A stretch of 32,000 nt of DNA from Cupriavidus necator (lineage in GTDB: Bacteria; Pseudomonadota; Gammaproteobacteria; Burkholderiales; Burkholderiaceae): the NCBI RefSeq assembly GCF_016127575.1, contig NZ_CP066018.1, positions 3,060,001-3,092,000 of the forward strand, given 5' to 3'. Position 1 is the first letter of the stretch; each line of letters begins with the position of its first letter. The notes under the pieces are model-generated. The model had not been told where the DNA came from, did not search any database, and saw only the letters and a list, made by a program, of their open reading frames with translations. A program made the translations under genes and the position numbers. Of the stretch, positions 1-10,721 are shown piece after piece.

Positions 1-1210
1 CAAGGTGCTGGCCGAGGGCGGGCTGGGCTCGCGCCGCGAGATGGAAGAACTGATCCTGCAGGGCCGCGTTTCGGTCAACGGCCTGCCGGCCCATATCGGC
101 CAGCGCATCCTGCCGGCGGACCAGGTCCGCGTGAACGGCAAGCTGATCCACCGCAAGGTGTCGACCAAGCCGCCGCGCGTGCTGCTGTACCACAAGCCCG
201 CCGGCGAGATCGTCAGCCAGTCCGATCCGGAAGGCCGTCCGACTGTGTTCGACAGCCTGCCGCGCATCAAGACCGGCAAGTGGGTCGCGGTGGGCCGCCT
301 GGACTTCAATACTGAAGGCCTGCTGATCTTCACCACCTCTGGTGATATTGCCAACCGTTTCATGCATCCGCGCTATGGCGTGGAGCGCGAGTACGCGGTG
401 CGCACGCTGGGCGAGCTGGCCGAGGCCGACCGCCAGCGCCTGCTGCATGGCATCAAGCTCGATGACGGCGAGGCCAATTTCCTGCGCATTGCCGACGGCG
501 GCGGTGAAGGCGTCAACCAGTGGTACCACGTGGCCCTGACCGAAGGCCGCAACCGTGAAGTGCGCCGCATGTTCGAGGCGGTCGGGCTGACCGTGTCGCG
601 CCTGATCCGCACCCGCTACGGCCAGTTCCTGCTGCCGCGTGGCCTCAAGCGCGGCCGCTGGCAGGAAGTCGAGCCCAATGACGTCAAGGCGCTGATGGCC
701 GGTGTCGGCCTGAAGGTGCCCGGCAAGGGCGAGCAGGCTCCCAAGGGCGCCACCAAGGTAGGCGGGCGCAAGCAGCGCACCGAAGCCGCGATTGCCGGCA
801 TGCCGATGCCCACGGGCATGGACGGCCTGCCGCGCTTCGACCAGGGCGGCGCCCGGGGCGGTAGCGGCGGCCGCAGCAGCCAGCCGGATCCGATGAAGAC
901 CTCGATGGGCTATATCACCCACGGGCCCACCTTGCTGACCTCGCACGCGGCCAGCCTGGGCGGCGGGCGCGGCACTGGCGCACGCCAGGGACGTGGTGGC
1001 GCCGGCATGGGCGGCATGGGTGGCATGCGCGGTCAGGGTGGTCAGGGCGGCCTGGGTGGCCAGGGTCAGGGCAAGCCGCGTCGCGGCGGCGGCGAAGCCA
1101 ACGGCAATGTGATGCCGAAGGCGTCGAAGCCGGGCGGCAACCGTTCCCCGCGCGGCGGTAGTGGCGGTGGCGGCGGCAACCGTGGTGGCAACCGCGGCGG
1201 CAACCGATAA
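1..1210 (+). CDS. rluB: 23S rRNA pseudouridine synthase, RluB-like (S4 domain + PseudoU synthase core); 5' end lies outside the window; long Gly/Arg-rich C-terminal tail
   Basis: ORF 5..1210 opens at the window edge. S4-like N-terminus ([19 protein letters not shown]) and RsuA/RluB core motifs ([26 protein letters not shown]). C-terminus is low complexity ([17 protein letters not shown]...[12 protein letters not shown]). Confidence 0.85.
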   Translation, partial: KVLAEGGLGSRREMEELILQGRVSVNGLPAHIGQRILPADQVRVNGKLIHRKVSTKPPRVLLYHKPAGEIVSQSDPEGRPTVFDSLPRIKTGKWVAVGRLDFNTEGLLIFTTSGDIANRFMHPRYGVEREYAVRTLGELAEADRQRLLHGIKLDDGEANFLRIADGGGEGVNQWYHVALTEGRNREVRRMFEAVGLTVSRLIRTRYGQFLLPRGLKRGRWQEVEPNDVKALMAGVGLKVPGKGEQAPKGATKVGGRKQRTEAAIAGMPMPTGMDGLPRFDQGGARGGSGGRSSQPDPMKTSMGYITHGPTLLTSHAASLGGGRGTGARQGRGGAGMGGMGGMRGQGGQGGLGGQGQGKPRRGGGEANGNVMPKASKPGGNRSPRGGSGGGGGNRGGNRGGNR

Positions 1211-1213
1211 GCG

Positions 1214-1261
1214 CTGAATCCGGCGCATGGCGGGTTGAACGCCCGCCGGCGCCGGATTCAG
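1214..1261 (+). terminator. Compound GC-rich hairpin just after the rluB stop; no U-tract, so terminator function is uncertain
   Basis: 13-bp outer stem CTGAATCCGGCGC (1214-1226) / GCGCCGGATTCAG (1249-1261) encloses an inner GGCGGG (1229-1234) / CCCGCC (1242-1247) hairpin. Confidence 0.35.
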
Positions 1262-1281
1262 TGCACGGAAATGTCTGGCTT

Positions 1282-1310
1282 TTGCCTTTTCGACATAATC
1301 CGCGTATAAT
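1282..1310 (+). promoter_or_regulatory. sigma70-type promoter upstream of the rimP-nusA-infB operon leader
   Basis: TTGCCT (1282-1287), 17-nt spacer, TATAAT (1305-1310), in an AT-richer intergenic stretch. Confidence 0.5.
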
Positions 1311-1328
1311 TCAAGTCTATTCAAAAAG

Positions 1329-1379
1329 CCATCCTCGTCGAGGATGGGCGAATGATGGGCATTGCGCCCATTTTTTTTT
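1329..1379 (+). terminator. Leader hairpin followed by a strong intrinsic terminator, about 20-70 nt downstream of the predicted promoter
   Basis: Hairpin CCATCCTCG-T-CGAGGATGG (1329-1347). Then stem ATGGGC (1355-1360) / GCCCAT (1366-1371) followed by a run of nine T (1371-1379). Confidence 0.6.
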
Positions 1380-1511
1380 GGTTCGCCCGTTTTTCGGTTC
1401 TCTCCGCTGGGGCGGGGGGATGGCGGACAGGCAGGGCTGCAGCAGGGTCGTCCCGGACGGCACCGGCGGGTTTGCCTGCCACGGTGTTGATGGCCATTAC
1501 TCGGGATAACA

Positions 1512-2000
1512 GTGCATCTGGCAGATTTGATCGAAACCACCCTAAGCGGCATGGGATATGAGCTGGTCGAGCTCGAGCGTGCCCCGGCCGGATTGCTGCG
1601 TGTCTATATCGATCAGCCTGAAACCGGCATTGCCATCGAGGATTGTGAAAAGGTGAGCCGCCAGCTCACCCACGTGTTCACGGTCGAGAACGTCGACTAT
1701 GAACGCCTCGAGGTCTCGTCGCCCGGACTGGACCGGCCGCTGAAGAAGCTGGCCGACTACGTCCGCTTTGCCGGCGAGGAGGCGCGCGTGACGCTGCGCC
1801 TGCCCGTCAACGGACAGAAGAACTTCACAGGCATCCTGCGCGAGCCCACCGGCGCGGCGGGCGAGGAGAAGATTGGCCTGGAGTTCGAAGGCAAAGATGG
1901 CCCGGCGCTGCTGGAATTTGCCGTATCCGATGTCGACAAGGCACGCCTGGTGCCGGTGATCGACTTCAAAGGAAATCAAAGAAAAGGGAACAAGCAATGA
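1512..2000 (+). CDS. rimP: Ribosome maturation factor RimP
   Basis: 162-aa ORF (GTG start) immediately upstream of and overlapping nusA (ATGA-type junction at 1997-2000). RimP-like sequence ([14 protein letters not shown]) and conserved rimP-nusA-infB synteny. Confidence 0.9.
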   Translation: MHLADLIETTLSGMGYELVELERAPAGLLRVYIDQPETGIAIEDCEKVSRQLTHVFTVENVDYERLEVSSPGLDRPLKKLADYVRFAGEEARVTLRLPVNGQKNFTGILREPTGAAGEEKIGLEFEGKDGPALLEFAVSDVDKARLVPVIDFKGNQRKGNKQ

Positions 2001-3472
2001 GCCGCGAAGTTCTGTTGCTCGTCGATGCGCTTGCGCGTGAGAAGAACGTCGACAAGGATGTGGTATTCGGTGCCCTGGAGGCGGCGCTCGCCTCGGCCAC
2101 CAAGAAGCGTTTCGAGGAAGACGTGGATATCCGTGTCGCGATCGATCGCGAGTCGGGCGAGCATGAAACCTTCCGCCGCTGGCTGGTCGTTCCCGACGAG
2201 CTGGGCCTGCAAGAGCCGGACAAGCAGATCCTGCTGTTCGAAGCCCGCGATGAAAACCCCAGCATCGAGCTGGGTGACTTTATCGAGCAGCAGATCGAGT
2301 CGGTCGAGTTCGGCCGCATCGGTGCGCAGGCTGCCAAGCAGGTGATCCTGCAGCGCATCCGCGACGCCGAGCGCGAGCAGATCCTGAACGACTACCTGGA
2401 TCGCGGCGAGAAGATCATGACCGGCACGGTCAAGCGCGCCGACAAGAAGGGCCTGATCGTCGAGTCCGGCCGCGTGGAAGCGCTGCTGGCCCGCGACCAG
2501 ATCATCCCCAAGGAAAACCTGCGCACCGGTGACCGCGTGCGTGCGTATATCCTGAATGTGGACCGCGCCGCGCGCGGCCCGCAGATTGAACTGTCGCGCA
2601 CCGCGCCCGAGTTCCTGATCAAGCTCTTCGAGAACGAAGTGCCGGAAATGGAACAAGGCCTGCTGGAGATCAAGGCGGCTGCCCGTGATCCGGGCGTGCG
2701 CGCCAAGATCGCCGTGGTCGCGCATGACAAGCGCATCGACCCGATCGGCACCTGCGTCGGCGTGCGCGGTACCCGCGTCACCGCGGTGCGCAACGAGATC
2801 GGCGGCGAGGCCGTGGACATCGTGCTGTGGTCGGAAGACCCGGCGCAGTTCGTGATCGGCGCGCTGGCACCGGCACAGGTGCAGTCGATCGTGGTCGATG
2901 AAGAAAAGCACAGCATGGACGTCGTGGTCGACGAGGAAAACCTCGCCGTCTCGATCGGCCGCAGCGGTCAGAACGTGCGCCTGGCGACCGAGCTGACCGG
3001 CTGGCAGATCAACATCATGACGCAGGAAGAGTCGGCGCAGAAGCAGGCCGAAGAGAGCGATGTCGTGCGCAAGCTGTTCATGTCCAAGCTGGACGTGGAT
3101 GAGGAAGTTGCCGACATCCTGATCGAGGAAGGCTTCTCCACGCTGGAAGAAGTGGCTTATGTCCCCATCAGTGAAATGATGGAGATCGAGGCCTTTGACG
3201 AAGACACCGTCAACGAGCTGCGCAATCGCGCGCGTGATGCGCTCCTGACGATGGAACTGGCCCGGGAAGAAAAGGTGGAAGAGGTGTCGCAGGACCTGCG
3301 CTCGCTCGACGGCCTCAACCCGGAACTGATCGGCAAGCTGGCCGAAGGCGATATCCATACGCGTGACGACCTGGCCGAACTGGCCGTGGACGAGCTGGTC
3401 GAGATGACCGGTGTCAGCGAGGAAGAAGCCAAGTCGCTGATCATGAAAGCACGGGAACATTGGTTCAACTGA
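1997..3472 (+). CDS. nusA: Transcription termination/antitermination factor NusA
   Basis: 491 aa. N-terminal NusA domain, S1 domain ([16 protein letters not shown]), KH domains ([22 protein letters not shown]) and C-terminal acidic repeats. Confidence 0.95.
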   Translation: MSREVLLLVDALAREKNVDKDVVFGALEAALASATKKRFEEDVDIRVAIDRESGEHETFRRWLVVPDELGLQEPDKQILLFEARDENPSIELGDFIEQQIESVEFGRIGAQAAKQVILQRIRDAEREQILNDYLDRGEKIMTGTVKRADKKGLIVESGRVEALLARDQIIPKENLRTGDRVRAYILNVDRAARGPQIELSRTAPEFLIKLFENEVPEMEQGLLEIKAAARDPGVRAKIAVVAHDKRIDPIGTCVGVRGTRVTAVRNEIGGEAVDIVLWSEDPAQFVIGALAPAQVQSIVVDEEKHSMDVVVDEENLAVSIGRSGQNVRLATELTGWQINIMTQEESAQKQAEESDVVRKLFMSKLDVDEEVADILIEEGFSTLEEVAYVPISEMMEIEAFDEDTVNELRNRARDALLTMELAREEKVEEVSQDLRSLDGLNPELIGKLAEGDIHTRDDLAELAVDELVEMTGVSEEEAKSLIMKAREHWFN

Positions 3473-3563
3473 GGGACACGGCCGGGCCGGCCTACACCTG
3501 GCCCGGGCGCGCTTTCCGCAACGATTTGTCCCGACGTAGAAACCAAGCATTGAAAGGGTTTGA

Positions 3564-6452
3564 ATGGCAAGCACAACAGTTGCCCAACTGGCCGCAGAAC
3601 TGAGTCGCAGCGCAGCTGCCCTGCTGGAACAATTGCAGGCGGCTGGGGTGGGCAAAGCGACGCCAGAAGACATCATCACGGAATCGGATAAGACCAGGCT
3701 GCTGGACTATCTGAAGCGTTCGCACGGCCAGGCCGACGACAGCTCCCGCAAGAAGATCACACTGACCAAGCGCGAAACCTCCGAGATCCGCCAGTCGGAT
3801 GGCACTGGCAAGACCCGCACGGTCCAGGTGGAAGTGCGCAAGAAGCGCGTGCTGATCAAGCGCGACGAAGCTGCGCCCGATGCCCAGGCCGACGCGGTCG
3901 AAGCCCAGGCGCCTGTCGTCGATGCTGTCGAGGAAGCTCGCCGCGACGAGGAAGAACGCCAGCAGGCCGAACTGCTGGCGCGCCAGGAAGCTGAAGCCAA
4001 GGCCGCCCGCGAGGCAGCCGAGCGCGAGGAAGCCGAGCGCCGCGCCCGCCAGGAAGCGCTGGAGGCTGAACAGCGCCGCCAGGCCGAACTCGCCGCCCGC
4101 AAGGCGGAGGAAGAGGCTGCCGCGTCGCGCGCCGTGACCGAGGCCAACGAGGATTCCTCGCGCAAGAAGGCAGAGGACGAGAAGGCACGCGTCACCGCCG
4201 AACGCGCCGAGGCGCAGAAGGCTGCCGACGAAGCCAAGGCTGCCGCCGACAAGGCCCGCGCAGAGCAGGAAGTCGCTGCGCGCAAGCGCCGCGAGGCTGC
4301 CGAAGCCGAGGCCCGTGCGATCCAGCAGATGCTGAACGCGCCGCCGCGCGTGCTGAAGGCGCCGTCCGAGCGCAAGGCTGAAGAGAAGAAGGCCGAGCAG
4401 ACCGGTACGCTGCACAAGCCGGTGAAGCCGGCCGGTGCGACCACGGAAGCGAAGAAGGACGAAAAGAAGCCGGCCACCACGACCACGACCACGGCAACCG
4501 CCGACAAGAAGGGCAAGGTCGTGAAGGCGGGCTGGCAGGACGACAGCAGCCGCAAGAAGGGCAGCGGCCTGAAGACCCGCGGCGATACTTCGGGTGGCGT
4601 GGGCGGCTGGCGCGGTGGCCCGCGTGGCCGCGGCGGCAGGCAGCAGCAGCACGACGACAGCCGCAGCAGCTTCCAGGCGCCGACCGAGCCGGTGGTGCGT
4701 GAAGTGCACGTGCCGGAAACCGTCTCGGTGGCCGACCTGGCGCACAAGATGGCCGTCAAGGCATCCGAGGTCATCAAGCAGATGATGAAGCTCGGCCAGA
4801 TGGTGACCATCAACCAGGTGCTGGACCAGGAAACCGCCATGATCGTGGTGGAAGAAATGGGCCACAAGGCGTATGCCGCCAAGCTGGACGATCCGGAAGC
4901 GCTGCTGGTGGTGGGCGGTGAGGAACACACCGACGCCGAGCTGCTGCCGCGTCCGCCGGTGGTGACCGTGATGGGTCACGTCGACCACGGCAAGACCTCG
5001 CTGCTGGACTACATCCGCCGCACCAAGGTGGCCGCGGGCGAAGCCGGCGGGATTACGCAGCACATCGGTGCCTACCATGTGGAAACCGACCGCGGCGTGA
5101 TCACGTTCCTGGATACCCCGGGTCACGAGGCCTTCACGGCCATGCGTGCCCGCGGTGCCAAGGCGACCGATATCGTGATCCTGGTGGTGGCCGCCGACGA
5201 CGGCGTGATGCCGCAGACCAAGGAAGCCATTGCGCATGCCAAGGCTGCCGGTGTGCCGATCGTGGTGGCGATCAACAAGATCGACAAGCCCGATGCCAAC
5301 CCGGACCGCGTCAAGCAGGAACTGGTGGCGGAGCAGGTGGTGCCGGAAGAATACGGCGGCGATTCGCCGTTCGTGCCGGTTTCCGCCAAGATGGGTACCG
5401 GTGTGGAAGACCTGCTCGAGCAAGTGCTGCTGCAAGCCGAAGTGCTGGAACTGACCGCTCCGGTGGATGCCCCGGCCAAGGGCCTGGTGGTGGAAGCCCA
5501 GCTGGACAAGGGCAAGGGCCCGATCGCGACCATCCTGGTCAGCAGCGGCACGCTCAAGCGTGGTGACGTGGTCCTGGCTGGCAGCGCCTACGGCCGCGTG
5601 CGTGCCATGCTGGACGAGAACGGCAAGCCGACCAAGGAAGCCGGCCCGTCGATCCCGGTGGAAATCCAGGGTCTGTCGGAAGTGCCTGCCGCCGGTGAAG
5701 AAGTGCTGGTGCTGCCGGACGAGCGCAAGGCACGTGAAATCGCGCTGTTCCGCCAGGGCAAGTTCCGCGACGTGAAGCTGGCCAAGCAACAGGCCGCCAA
5801 GCTGGAGAACATGCTCGAGCAGATGGCCGAAGGCGAAGTGCAGACGCTGCCGTTGATCGTCAAGGCCGACGTGCAGGGTTCGCAGGAAGCGCTGGTGCAG
5901 TCGCTGCAGAAGCTGTCGACCGCCGAAGTGCGCGTGCAGATCGTGCATGGCGGCGTGGGTGGCATCTCCGAATCCGACGTCAACCTGGCGACGGCTTCGA
6001 AGGCGGTCATCATCGGCTTCAACGTGCGTGCCGACGCCGGTGCGCGCAAGCTGGCCGAGCACAACGGCATCGATATCCGCTACTACAACATCATTTACGA
6101 TGCGGTAGACGAGATCAAGGCGGCGATGTCGGGCATGCTGGCGCCGGAGAAGCGCGAGACCACCATCGGCCAGGTCGAGGTACGTCAGGTGTTCCGCGTG
6201 CCGAAGATCGGTGCGGTGGCCGGCTGTATGGTCACCGACGGCCTGGTCAAGCGCAACTCGCTGGTGCGCGTGCTGCGCAACAACGTGGTCATCCACGACG
6301 GCGAGCTGGATTCGCTCAAGCGTTTCAAGGACGATGTGAAGGAAGTGAAGCAAGGCTTCGAGTGCGGTCTGTCGATCAAGAACTTCAACGATGTTCAGGA
6401 AGGCGACCAGCTCGAGGTGTACGAAATCACAGAGGTGGCGCGTACGCTGTAA
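3564..6452 (+). CDS. infB: Translation initiation factor IF-2
   Basis: 962 aa. Ala/Glu/Lys-rich N-terminal region and GTPase motifs ([21 protein letters not shown]). Position after nusA. Confidence 0.95.
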   Translation: MASTTVAQLAAELSRSAAALLEQLQAAGVGKATPEDIITESDKTRLLDYLKRSHGQADDSSRKKITLTKRETSEIRQSDGTGKTRTVQVEVRKKRVLIKRDEAAPDAQADAVEAQAPVVDAVEEARRDEEERQQAELLARQEAEAKAAREAAEREEAERRARQEALEAEQRRQAELAARKAEEEAAASRAVTEANEDSSRKKAEDEKARVTAERAEAQKAADEAKAAADKARAEQEVAARKRREAAEAEARAIQQMLNAPPRVLKAPSERKAEEKKAEQTGTLHKPVKPAGATTEAKKDEKKPATTTTTTATADKKGKVVKAGWQDDSSRKKGSGLKTRGDTSGGVGGWRGGPRGRGGRQQQHDDSRSSFQAPTEPVVREVHVPETVSVADLAHKMAVKASEVIKQMMKLGQMVTINQVLDQETAMIVVEEMGHKAYAAKLDDPEALLVVGGEEHTDAELLPRPPVVTVMGHVDHGKTSLLDYIRRTKVAAGEAGGITQHIGAYHVETDRGVITFLDTPGHEAFTAMRARGAKATDIVILVVAADDGVMPQTKEAIAHAKAAGVPIVVAINKIDKPDANPDRVKQELVAEQVVPEEYGGDSPFVPVSAKMGTGVEDLLEQVLLQAEVLELTAPVDAPAKGLVVEAQLDKGKGPIATILVSSGTLKRGDVVLAGSAYGRVRAMLDENGKPTKEAGPSIPVEIQGLSEVPAAGEEVLVLPDERKAREIALFRQGKFRDVKLAKQQAAKLENMLEQMAEGEVQTLPLIVKADVQGSQEALVQSLQKLSTAEVRVQIVHGGVGGISESDVNLATASKAVIIGFNVRADAGARKLAEHNGIDIRYYNIIYDAVDEIKAAMSGMLAPEKRETTIGQVEVRQVFRVPKIGAVAGCMVTDGLVKRNSLVRVLRNNVVIHDGELDSLKRFKDDVKEVKQGFECGLSIKNFNDVQEGDQLEVYEITEVARTL

Positions 6453-6464
6453 GGCGTCGCAAGC

Positions 6465-6488
6465 AACGGCAGGCTTCGGCCTGCCGTT
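6465..6488 (+). other. Intercistronic hairpin between infB and rbfA (no U-tract; possible processing or partial attenuation site)
   Basis: Perfect 10-bp stem AACGGCAGGC / GCCTGCCGTT with a TTCG loop. Confidence 0.35.
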
Positions 6489-6512
6489 GTCATCTCGACC
6501 AGACTGTATTGA

Positions 6513-6881
6513 ATGGCCAAGAAAGGCAGTATCTCCTCCCGCAATCTCCGCATCTCCGACCAGATCCAGAAGGACCTGGCCGAGATGATCCAGCGCGAAC
6601 TGCGCGACCCGCGCCTCGGCCTGGTCACGCTGCAGTCGGTCGCGCTGACGCCGGACTACGCGCACGCCAAGGTGTACTTCACCGTGCTGGGCGCCGAAGC
6701 CGCCGAGGCGGAAGCCATCCTGAACGAAAAGGCCGGCTACCTGCACTCGCTGCTGTACAAGCGCCTGCACATCCATACCGTGCCGACGCTGCGCTTCTTC
6801 CACGATACCTCGGTCGAACATGCGATCGAGATGTCCAAGCTGATCAACGAAGCGAACGCCACGCGTTCGAAAGACGACTGA
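6513..6881 (+). CDS. rbfA: Ribosome-binding factor A
   Basis: 122-aa ORF with an RbfA-like sequence ([24 protein letters not shown]...VPTLRF). Conserved position between infB and truB. Confidence 0.9.
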   Translation: MAKKGSISSRNLRISDQIQKDLAEMIQRELRDPRLGLVTLQSVALTPDYAHAKVYFTVLGAEAAEAEAILNEKAGYLHSLLYKRLHIHTVPTLRFFHDTSVEHAIEMSKLINEANATRSKDD

Positions 6882-6980
6882 AGCCGGCGCCCATGCCGCC
6901 CTGGCATGGGTTTCGCGGCCACTACGTTTACGTTGCCGCCATCCGCGCCGCATCGCCGTCCCGCCTCCCGCTTTCTCCCG

Positions 6981-7928
6981 ATGACCGATTCCAACGCCAA
7001 CCGTCCGCCGCGCCTGCCGCGCCGCGAGGTCCATGGTGTGTTGCTGCTCGACAAGCCGCTGGGCCTGTCGTCCAACGACGCGCTGGTGCGCGCCAAGCGC
7101 CTCTTGCGCGCGGCCAAGGCCGGCCATACCGGCACGCTGGATCCGCTTGCCACGGGGCTGCTGCCGCTGTGCTTCGGCGAAGCCACCAAGTTTTCGCAGG
7201 ACCTGCTGGAAGCGGACAAGACCTATGACGCCGTAGTGCGGCTGGGCTCGCGCTCGAGCACGGGCGACGCCGAAGGCGAACTGCTCGACGTGCGCGAGGT
7301 CACCTGCGATTGCGCCGCAGTGGAGCAGGCGCTGGCAAGCTTCCTCGGCGAGATCGAACAGGTGCCGCCGATGCATTCGGCGCTGAAGAAGGACGGCCGC
7401 CCGCTGTATGAATACGCGCGCGCCGGCCAGACCGTGGAGCGCGCGGCGCGCCGCGTCACCATCCGTTCGATTGCGCTGCTGGAGTGCGCCTTGCCCGAAG
7501 CCCCGTCGTTCACGATGCGGGTGACGTGCAGCAAGGGCACCTATATCCGCACGCTGGCCGAGGACATCGGCGAAGCGCTGGGCTGCGGCGCGCACCTGAC
7601 CGGACTGCGCCGGATCGCCGTGGGCGACCTGACGCTGGACGGCGCGGTGACCCTGGAGCAGATCGAGCAGCGCGACGACTCGCAGCGCCCGGCCATGCTG
7701 GCACCTGTGGACGCCTTGCTGCAGAAGTGTGCGCCGGTGCATCTGGACGAGGTCTCCGCAGCGCGCTTCCTGCAGGGCCAGCGCATCGCTCAGCGCGACC
7801 TGCCGGCCGACACCGGGCTGGCCGAGGATGCGCTGGCGCGCGTCTATGCCGGCGAACCAGCCCGGCTGCTGGGCGTGGCACGCATGCGCGAAGGCGCGTT
7901 GCGGCCGGAGCGGCTGGTCAAGCTGTAA
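6981..7928 (+). CDS. truB: tRNA pseudouridine-55 synthase TruB
   Basis: ORF 6906..7928. The ATG at 6981 ([10 protein letters not shown]...) is preferred as the start. TruB motifs [15 protein letters not shown] and [17 protein letters not shown]. Confidence 0.9.
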   Translation: MTDSNANRPPRLPRREVHGVLLLDKPLGLSSNDALVRAKRLLRAAKAGHTGTLDPLATGLLPLCFGEATKFSQDLLEADKTYDAVVRLGSRSSTGDAEGELLDVREVTCDCAAVEQALASFLGEIEQVPPMHSALKKDGRPLYEYARAGQTVERAARRVTIRSIALLECALPEAPSFTMRVTCSKGTYIRTLAEDIGEALGCGAHLTGLRRIAVGDLTLDGAVTLEQIEQRDDSQRPAMLAPVDALLQKCAPVHLDEVSAARFLQGQRIAQRDLPADTGLAEDALARVYAGEPARLLGVARMREGALRPERLVKL

Positions 7929-7967
7929 ATTGCGTGAGGGGCGTAAATGGCCGCCCCGTCAGCAATT
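7928..7967. terminator. Long hairpin between the convergent truB and bug genes (likely bidirectional terminator)
   Basis: AATTGC (7928-7933) / GCAATT (7962-7967) outer arms and GGGGCG (7938-7943) / CGCCCC (7952-7957) inner arms. Confidence 0.45.
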
Positions 7968-8970
7968 ACTCGAGCGTGATCTTGGCCGTCTTGATGACAT
8001 CGGCCCACATCTTGCGGTCCTGGGCGAGGAACCCGGCGAAATGCTCCGGCGTATCGCCCACGGGCTCGGAGCCGAATTCAGCCATCTTCTTCCTGACTTC
8101 CGGGTTCGCCAAGGCCTTGACCAGCGCCTGGTTGTAGCGGACCACGATTGCCTTCGGCAGGTCCTTCGGCCCGAAGATGCCTTGCCAGGTCGGCATGTTG
8201 AAGTCCTTCAGTCCGCTCTCGGCAAGCGTCGGCACGTCCGGCAACAGGGGCGAGCGCTTGCTGCCGGTGACTGCCAGCGCCTTGACCTTGCCGGTCTTGG
8301 CCAGCGTCGCCGCGGTGGTGATGTTGTCGACCGTCATGGCGATATGCCCGCCCATCAGGTCGGTGATCACCGGGGTGGCACCCTTGTACGGCGCATGGAC
8401 CATGTCGATGCCAAGACGGTGCAGCATGGTTTCGGCAATCAGGTGATTTGACGTGCCGACGCCGGCGGTGCCGTAGGTGACCTGCGGCGTCTTTTTGACG
8501 TAGGCGACGAAGTCGGCCATGGTCTTGACCGGCAGGGCCGGATTGACGATCACGACATTCGGCTGGGTGGCCAGCATGGCGATGGGCGTGAAATCATCCG
8601 CCTTGTATGGCGTGCCCTTGGGGTTGAGCACGTGGGTCACCGCCATCGCGCCGGCGGCGCCCATGCCGATGGTGTAGCCGTCGGCCGGGGCCTTGGCCAG
8701 CTTGTCGGCGGCGATATTGCCACCCGCACCCGGCACGTTCTCCACCACCACCGGAACCCCCAGGCTTTCCGACAGCGGCGCCTGCACCAGGCGCGCCAGC
8801 AGATCGGCCGAGCCGCCGGGCGCAAAGCCCACCAGCAGGCGCACCGGCTTGGCCGGCTTCCACTCCTGCGCCTGCGCGCCCGGGATCACCGCCGCGCCCA
8901 GGCTCATCCACATCATGCCGCGTGCCAGCGGCCCCATCCACTTCGCCACCTGTTTCATTGTTACTTCCAC
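7966..8970 (-). CDS. Bug-family (TctC-like) tripartite tricarboxylate transporter periplasmic substrate-binding protein
   Basis: 334 aa (alternative start MKQV at 8958). Signal peptide ending AQAQE. Typical Bug-family sequence ([41 protein letters not shown]). Confidence 0.85.
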   Translation of the reverse strand: MEVTMKQVAKWMGPLARGMMWMSLGAAVIPGAQAQEWKPAKPVRLLVGFAPGGSADLLARLVQAPLSESLGVPVVVENVPGAGGNIAADKLAKAPADGYTIGMGAAGAMAVTHVLNPKGTPYKADDFTPIAMLATQPNVVIVNPALPVKTMADFVAYVKKTPQVTYGTAGVGTSNHLIAETMLHRLGIDMVHAPYKGATPVITDLMGGHIAMTVDNITTAATLAKTGKVKALAVTGSKRSPLLPDVPTLAESGLKDFNMPTWQGIFGPKDLPKAIVVRYNQALVKALANPEVRKKMAEFGSEPVGDTPEHFAGFLAQDRKMWADVIKTAKITLE

Positions 8971-9042
8971 TCCAGCAGTGTCATGGGCAATCTGTCAGCG
9001 GGCTTGCCCTTACCCGAAAATGGATTCGCTTCGTGCCTGGAT

Positions 9043-9741
9043 TCAGGCCGCGGCACCAGCCAGTACCTGTCCCAGCAGCCTTGCCACCATGCGGTTGGAG
9101 AGCAGCACCGGCGCGCCGGCATGGCGCGCCACCTCGGCCCGCATGGCTTCGGTGTAGCCCATGCAGTGCATCACCACCAGGTCGCAGCCGCGCAGCGTCT
9201 CGCCCGCCTGCGCGAAGCGATCGGTGCTGGCGTCGGTATAAGGCGAGGCATGGGTGACGCGCAGTTCGCAGGGCACCGGCTGGATCAGGTGGAAGCTGCT
9301 TACCTGGGCCTCCAGCGGCAATACGATGCCGAGCCGCTTGCAGCCCTGCGCCAGCGCCACGGTCAGATGGTCCACTACCTGCTGCGGTTCGATGACCAGG
9401 GTCCGCATCGGCGGCAGGGCGGTGCCGGTGCACAGCGGCACCAGGGCGTCGAAGCGGCCGTCGTCCAGCGAGGTCATCAGCCGGGCCAGCATGGCCTCGG
9501 CCACCGGCTTGCCCATCACCGCCTGCGTGCCGTCACGCAGCCGGCTGGCAAAGCGGTACTCGCCGGGCGCGGGCGCCAGCGCGGCAATATCTTGCGGGCC
9601 CAGCGCGTCCAGGATGCCGAACTCTTCCACAGTGGCCGGCAGGCCCAGGTCGGCAATCATCTGCGGTACCACGTCTGTCCTGGGCGCCTGCCCGATGGTG
9701 ACGAAGGCCACGCGTGGCTGGCGTGCGGCAGGCGTGTTCAT
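9043..9741 (-). CDS. AroM-family protein (Asp/Glu/hydantoin-racemase-like fold, function unknown)
   Basis: The ATG at 9741 overlaps the upstream gene stop (ATGA). Sequence RVAFVTIGQAPRTDVVPQM...LVPLCTG...VVMHCMGYT resembles the AroM family, recalled from memory; an HMM search is needed. Confidence 0.7.
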   Translation of the reverse strand: MNTPAARQPRVAFVTIGQAPRTDVVPQMIADLGLPATVEEFGILDALGPQDIAALAPAPGEYRFASRLRDGTQAVMGKPVAEAMLARLMTSLDDGRFDALVPLCTGTALPPMRTLVIEPQQVVDHLTVALAQGCKRLGIVLPLEAQVSSFHLIQPVPCELRVTHASPYTDASTDRFAQAGETLRGCDLVVMHCMGYTEAMRAEVARHAGAPVLLSNRMVARLLGQVLAGAAA

Positions 9742-10661
9742 GCCTCGGTTCCCACGGTCTGCAGATGGGCCAGCGAGCCATAGCGGCGCTGCAGCTCGGC
9801 CCACTCGACCGCGTCGTAGAAGTCGCACTGGCCCTGGCCGAACTGCTTCGCCACCTCGATGCAGAAGCGCGTCGCCACGTCGATGTCGAAGGCGTTGGTG
9901 ACGCCGGTTGCGCAGCCTGGCACAGTGGTCTGCGCGGTCAGCGCCACGCCCACCACCGGGGCAGGGGTCACGATGGCCGGCTGCATGATCGAGTTGACGT
10001 GCCACAGGCCGTTCTCATACGGCGTGATGTCCTGGGTGGTCAATGGCAACACCATCGGCAGTTCGCCGCTGACCCATCCCATCAGGTCCAGCATCCGCTC
10101 CGGCAGGCGCAGCAGCCAGCCTTCTTTGGCCACCGGCGTCAGCGCCACGCCGCGGCGGTTGACAAAGCGGTTGCCGCGCGTGGTGTCGACCGACAGGATC
10201 GCCGCCATGCGCGGGTGCACCTCATGCGACATCATCGTGCGCATCGCAAAGGGCGATTTCATCATCGGCACCGGATGATGCGGCCGTGTGGCGGCATGCG
10301 GGCAGATATGGGTGTGGATGCGCACCGGACCGGCCAGCACGTCGCCGGTGGCGGCCATGTCGGCCAGCTTCAACGCGCTGGCGACGGCCACGATGGCGCC
10401 GTCGGCATCGGACACCAGTCCCGTCACGGCCGGGCGTGCACCGACGCCGCCCAGCCGGCCCACCACGCCAAGTGCGGGCGCGTCCGGGTTCTGTCCGGGC
10501 ACCGTGCAGGCGAGGAAATCGGTGTAGAGGCCGTTCTCTTCCACGCGCGTGACGGTGACATCGTCCAGGCCGCGCGAGCGCAGCAGTGAGGCGACGGCTG
10601 CGCCGTCGACATTCGCTGCCGACAGCAGCTCGATCGATTCAATAACCTGCTTGATAGACAT
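9738..10661 (-). CDS. DUF1177-family protein
   Basis: 307-aa ORF translationally coupled to the AroM-like gene. The family assignment is from memory of DUF1177 proteins, which commonly neighbour AroM; it needs an HMM check. Confidence 0.65.
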   Translation of the reverse strand: MSIKQVIESIELLSAANVDGAAVASLLRSRGLDDVTVTRVEENGLYTDFLACTVPGQNPDAPALGVVGRLGGVGARPAVTGLVSDADGAIVAVASALKLADMAATGDVLAGPVRIHTHICPHAATRPHHPVPMMKSPFAMRTMMSHEVHPRMAAILSVDTTRGNRFVNRRGVALTPVAKEGWLLRLPERMLDLMGWVSGELPMVLPLTTQDITPYENGLWHVNSIMQPAIVTPAPVVGVALTAQTTVPGCATGVTNAFDIDVATRFCIEVAKQFGQGQCDFYDAVEWAELQRRYGSLAHLQTVGTEA

Positions 10662-10721
10662 CTTGCTTGACTTCCTGGGGCTGGGGTGGGGTTCTGTACG
10701 CAGGGACTCAGGCCGGCAAAT

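Noticed and set aside
1976-3679. 567-aa minus-strand ORF antisense to nusA
   Set aside because: Shadow ORF of nusA: low-complexity R/A/L/D/H-rich translation, no RBS and no recognisable family.
3900-4560. Highly repetitive Ala/Glu/Lys/Arg-coding stretch in infB, checked as a possible tandem DNA repeat or CRISPR-like array
   Set aside because: There are no regularly spaced identical DNA repeats. It is the usual low-complexity charged N-terminal region of IF-2 and stays in frame within the gene.
3492-7742. 1416-aa ORF on the minus strand spanning infB, rbfA and truB
   Set aside because: It is entirely antisense to three well-supported genes. Its composition is Arg/Ala/Gly/Leu/His-rich with no domain-like motifs. 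This is the classic shadow ORF produced by GC3-rich coding on the opposite strand.
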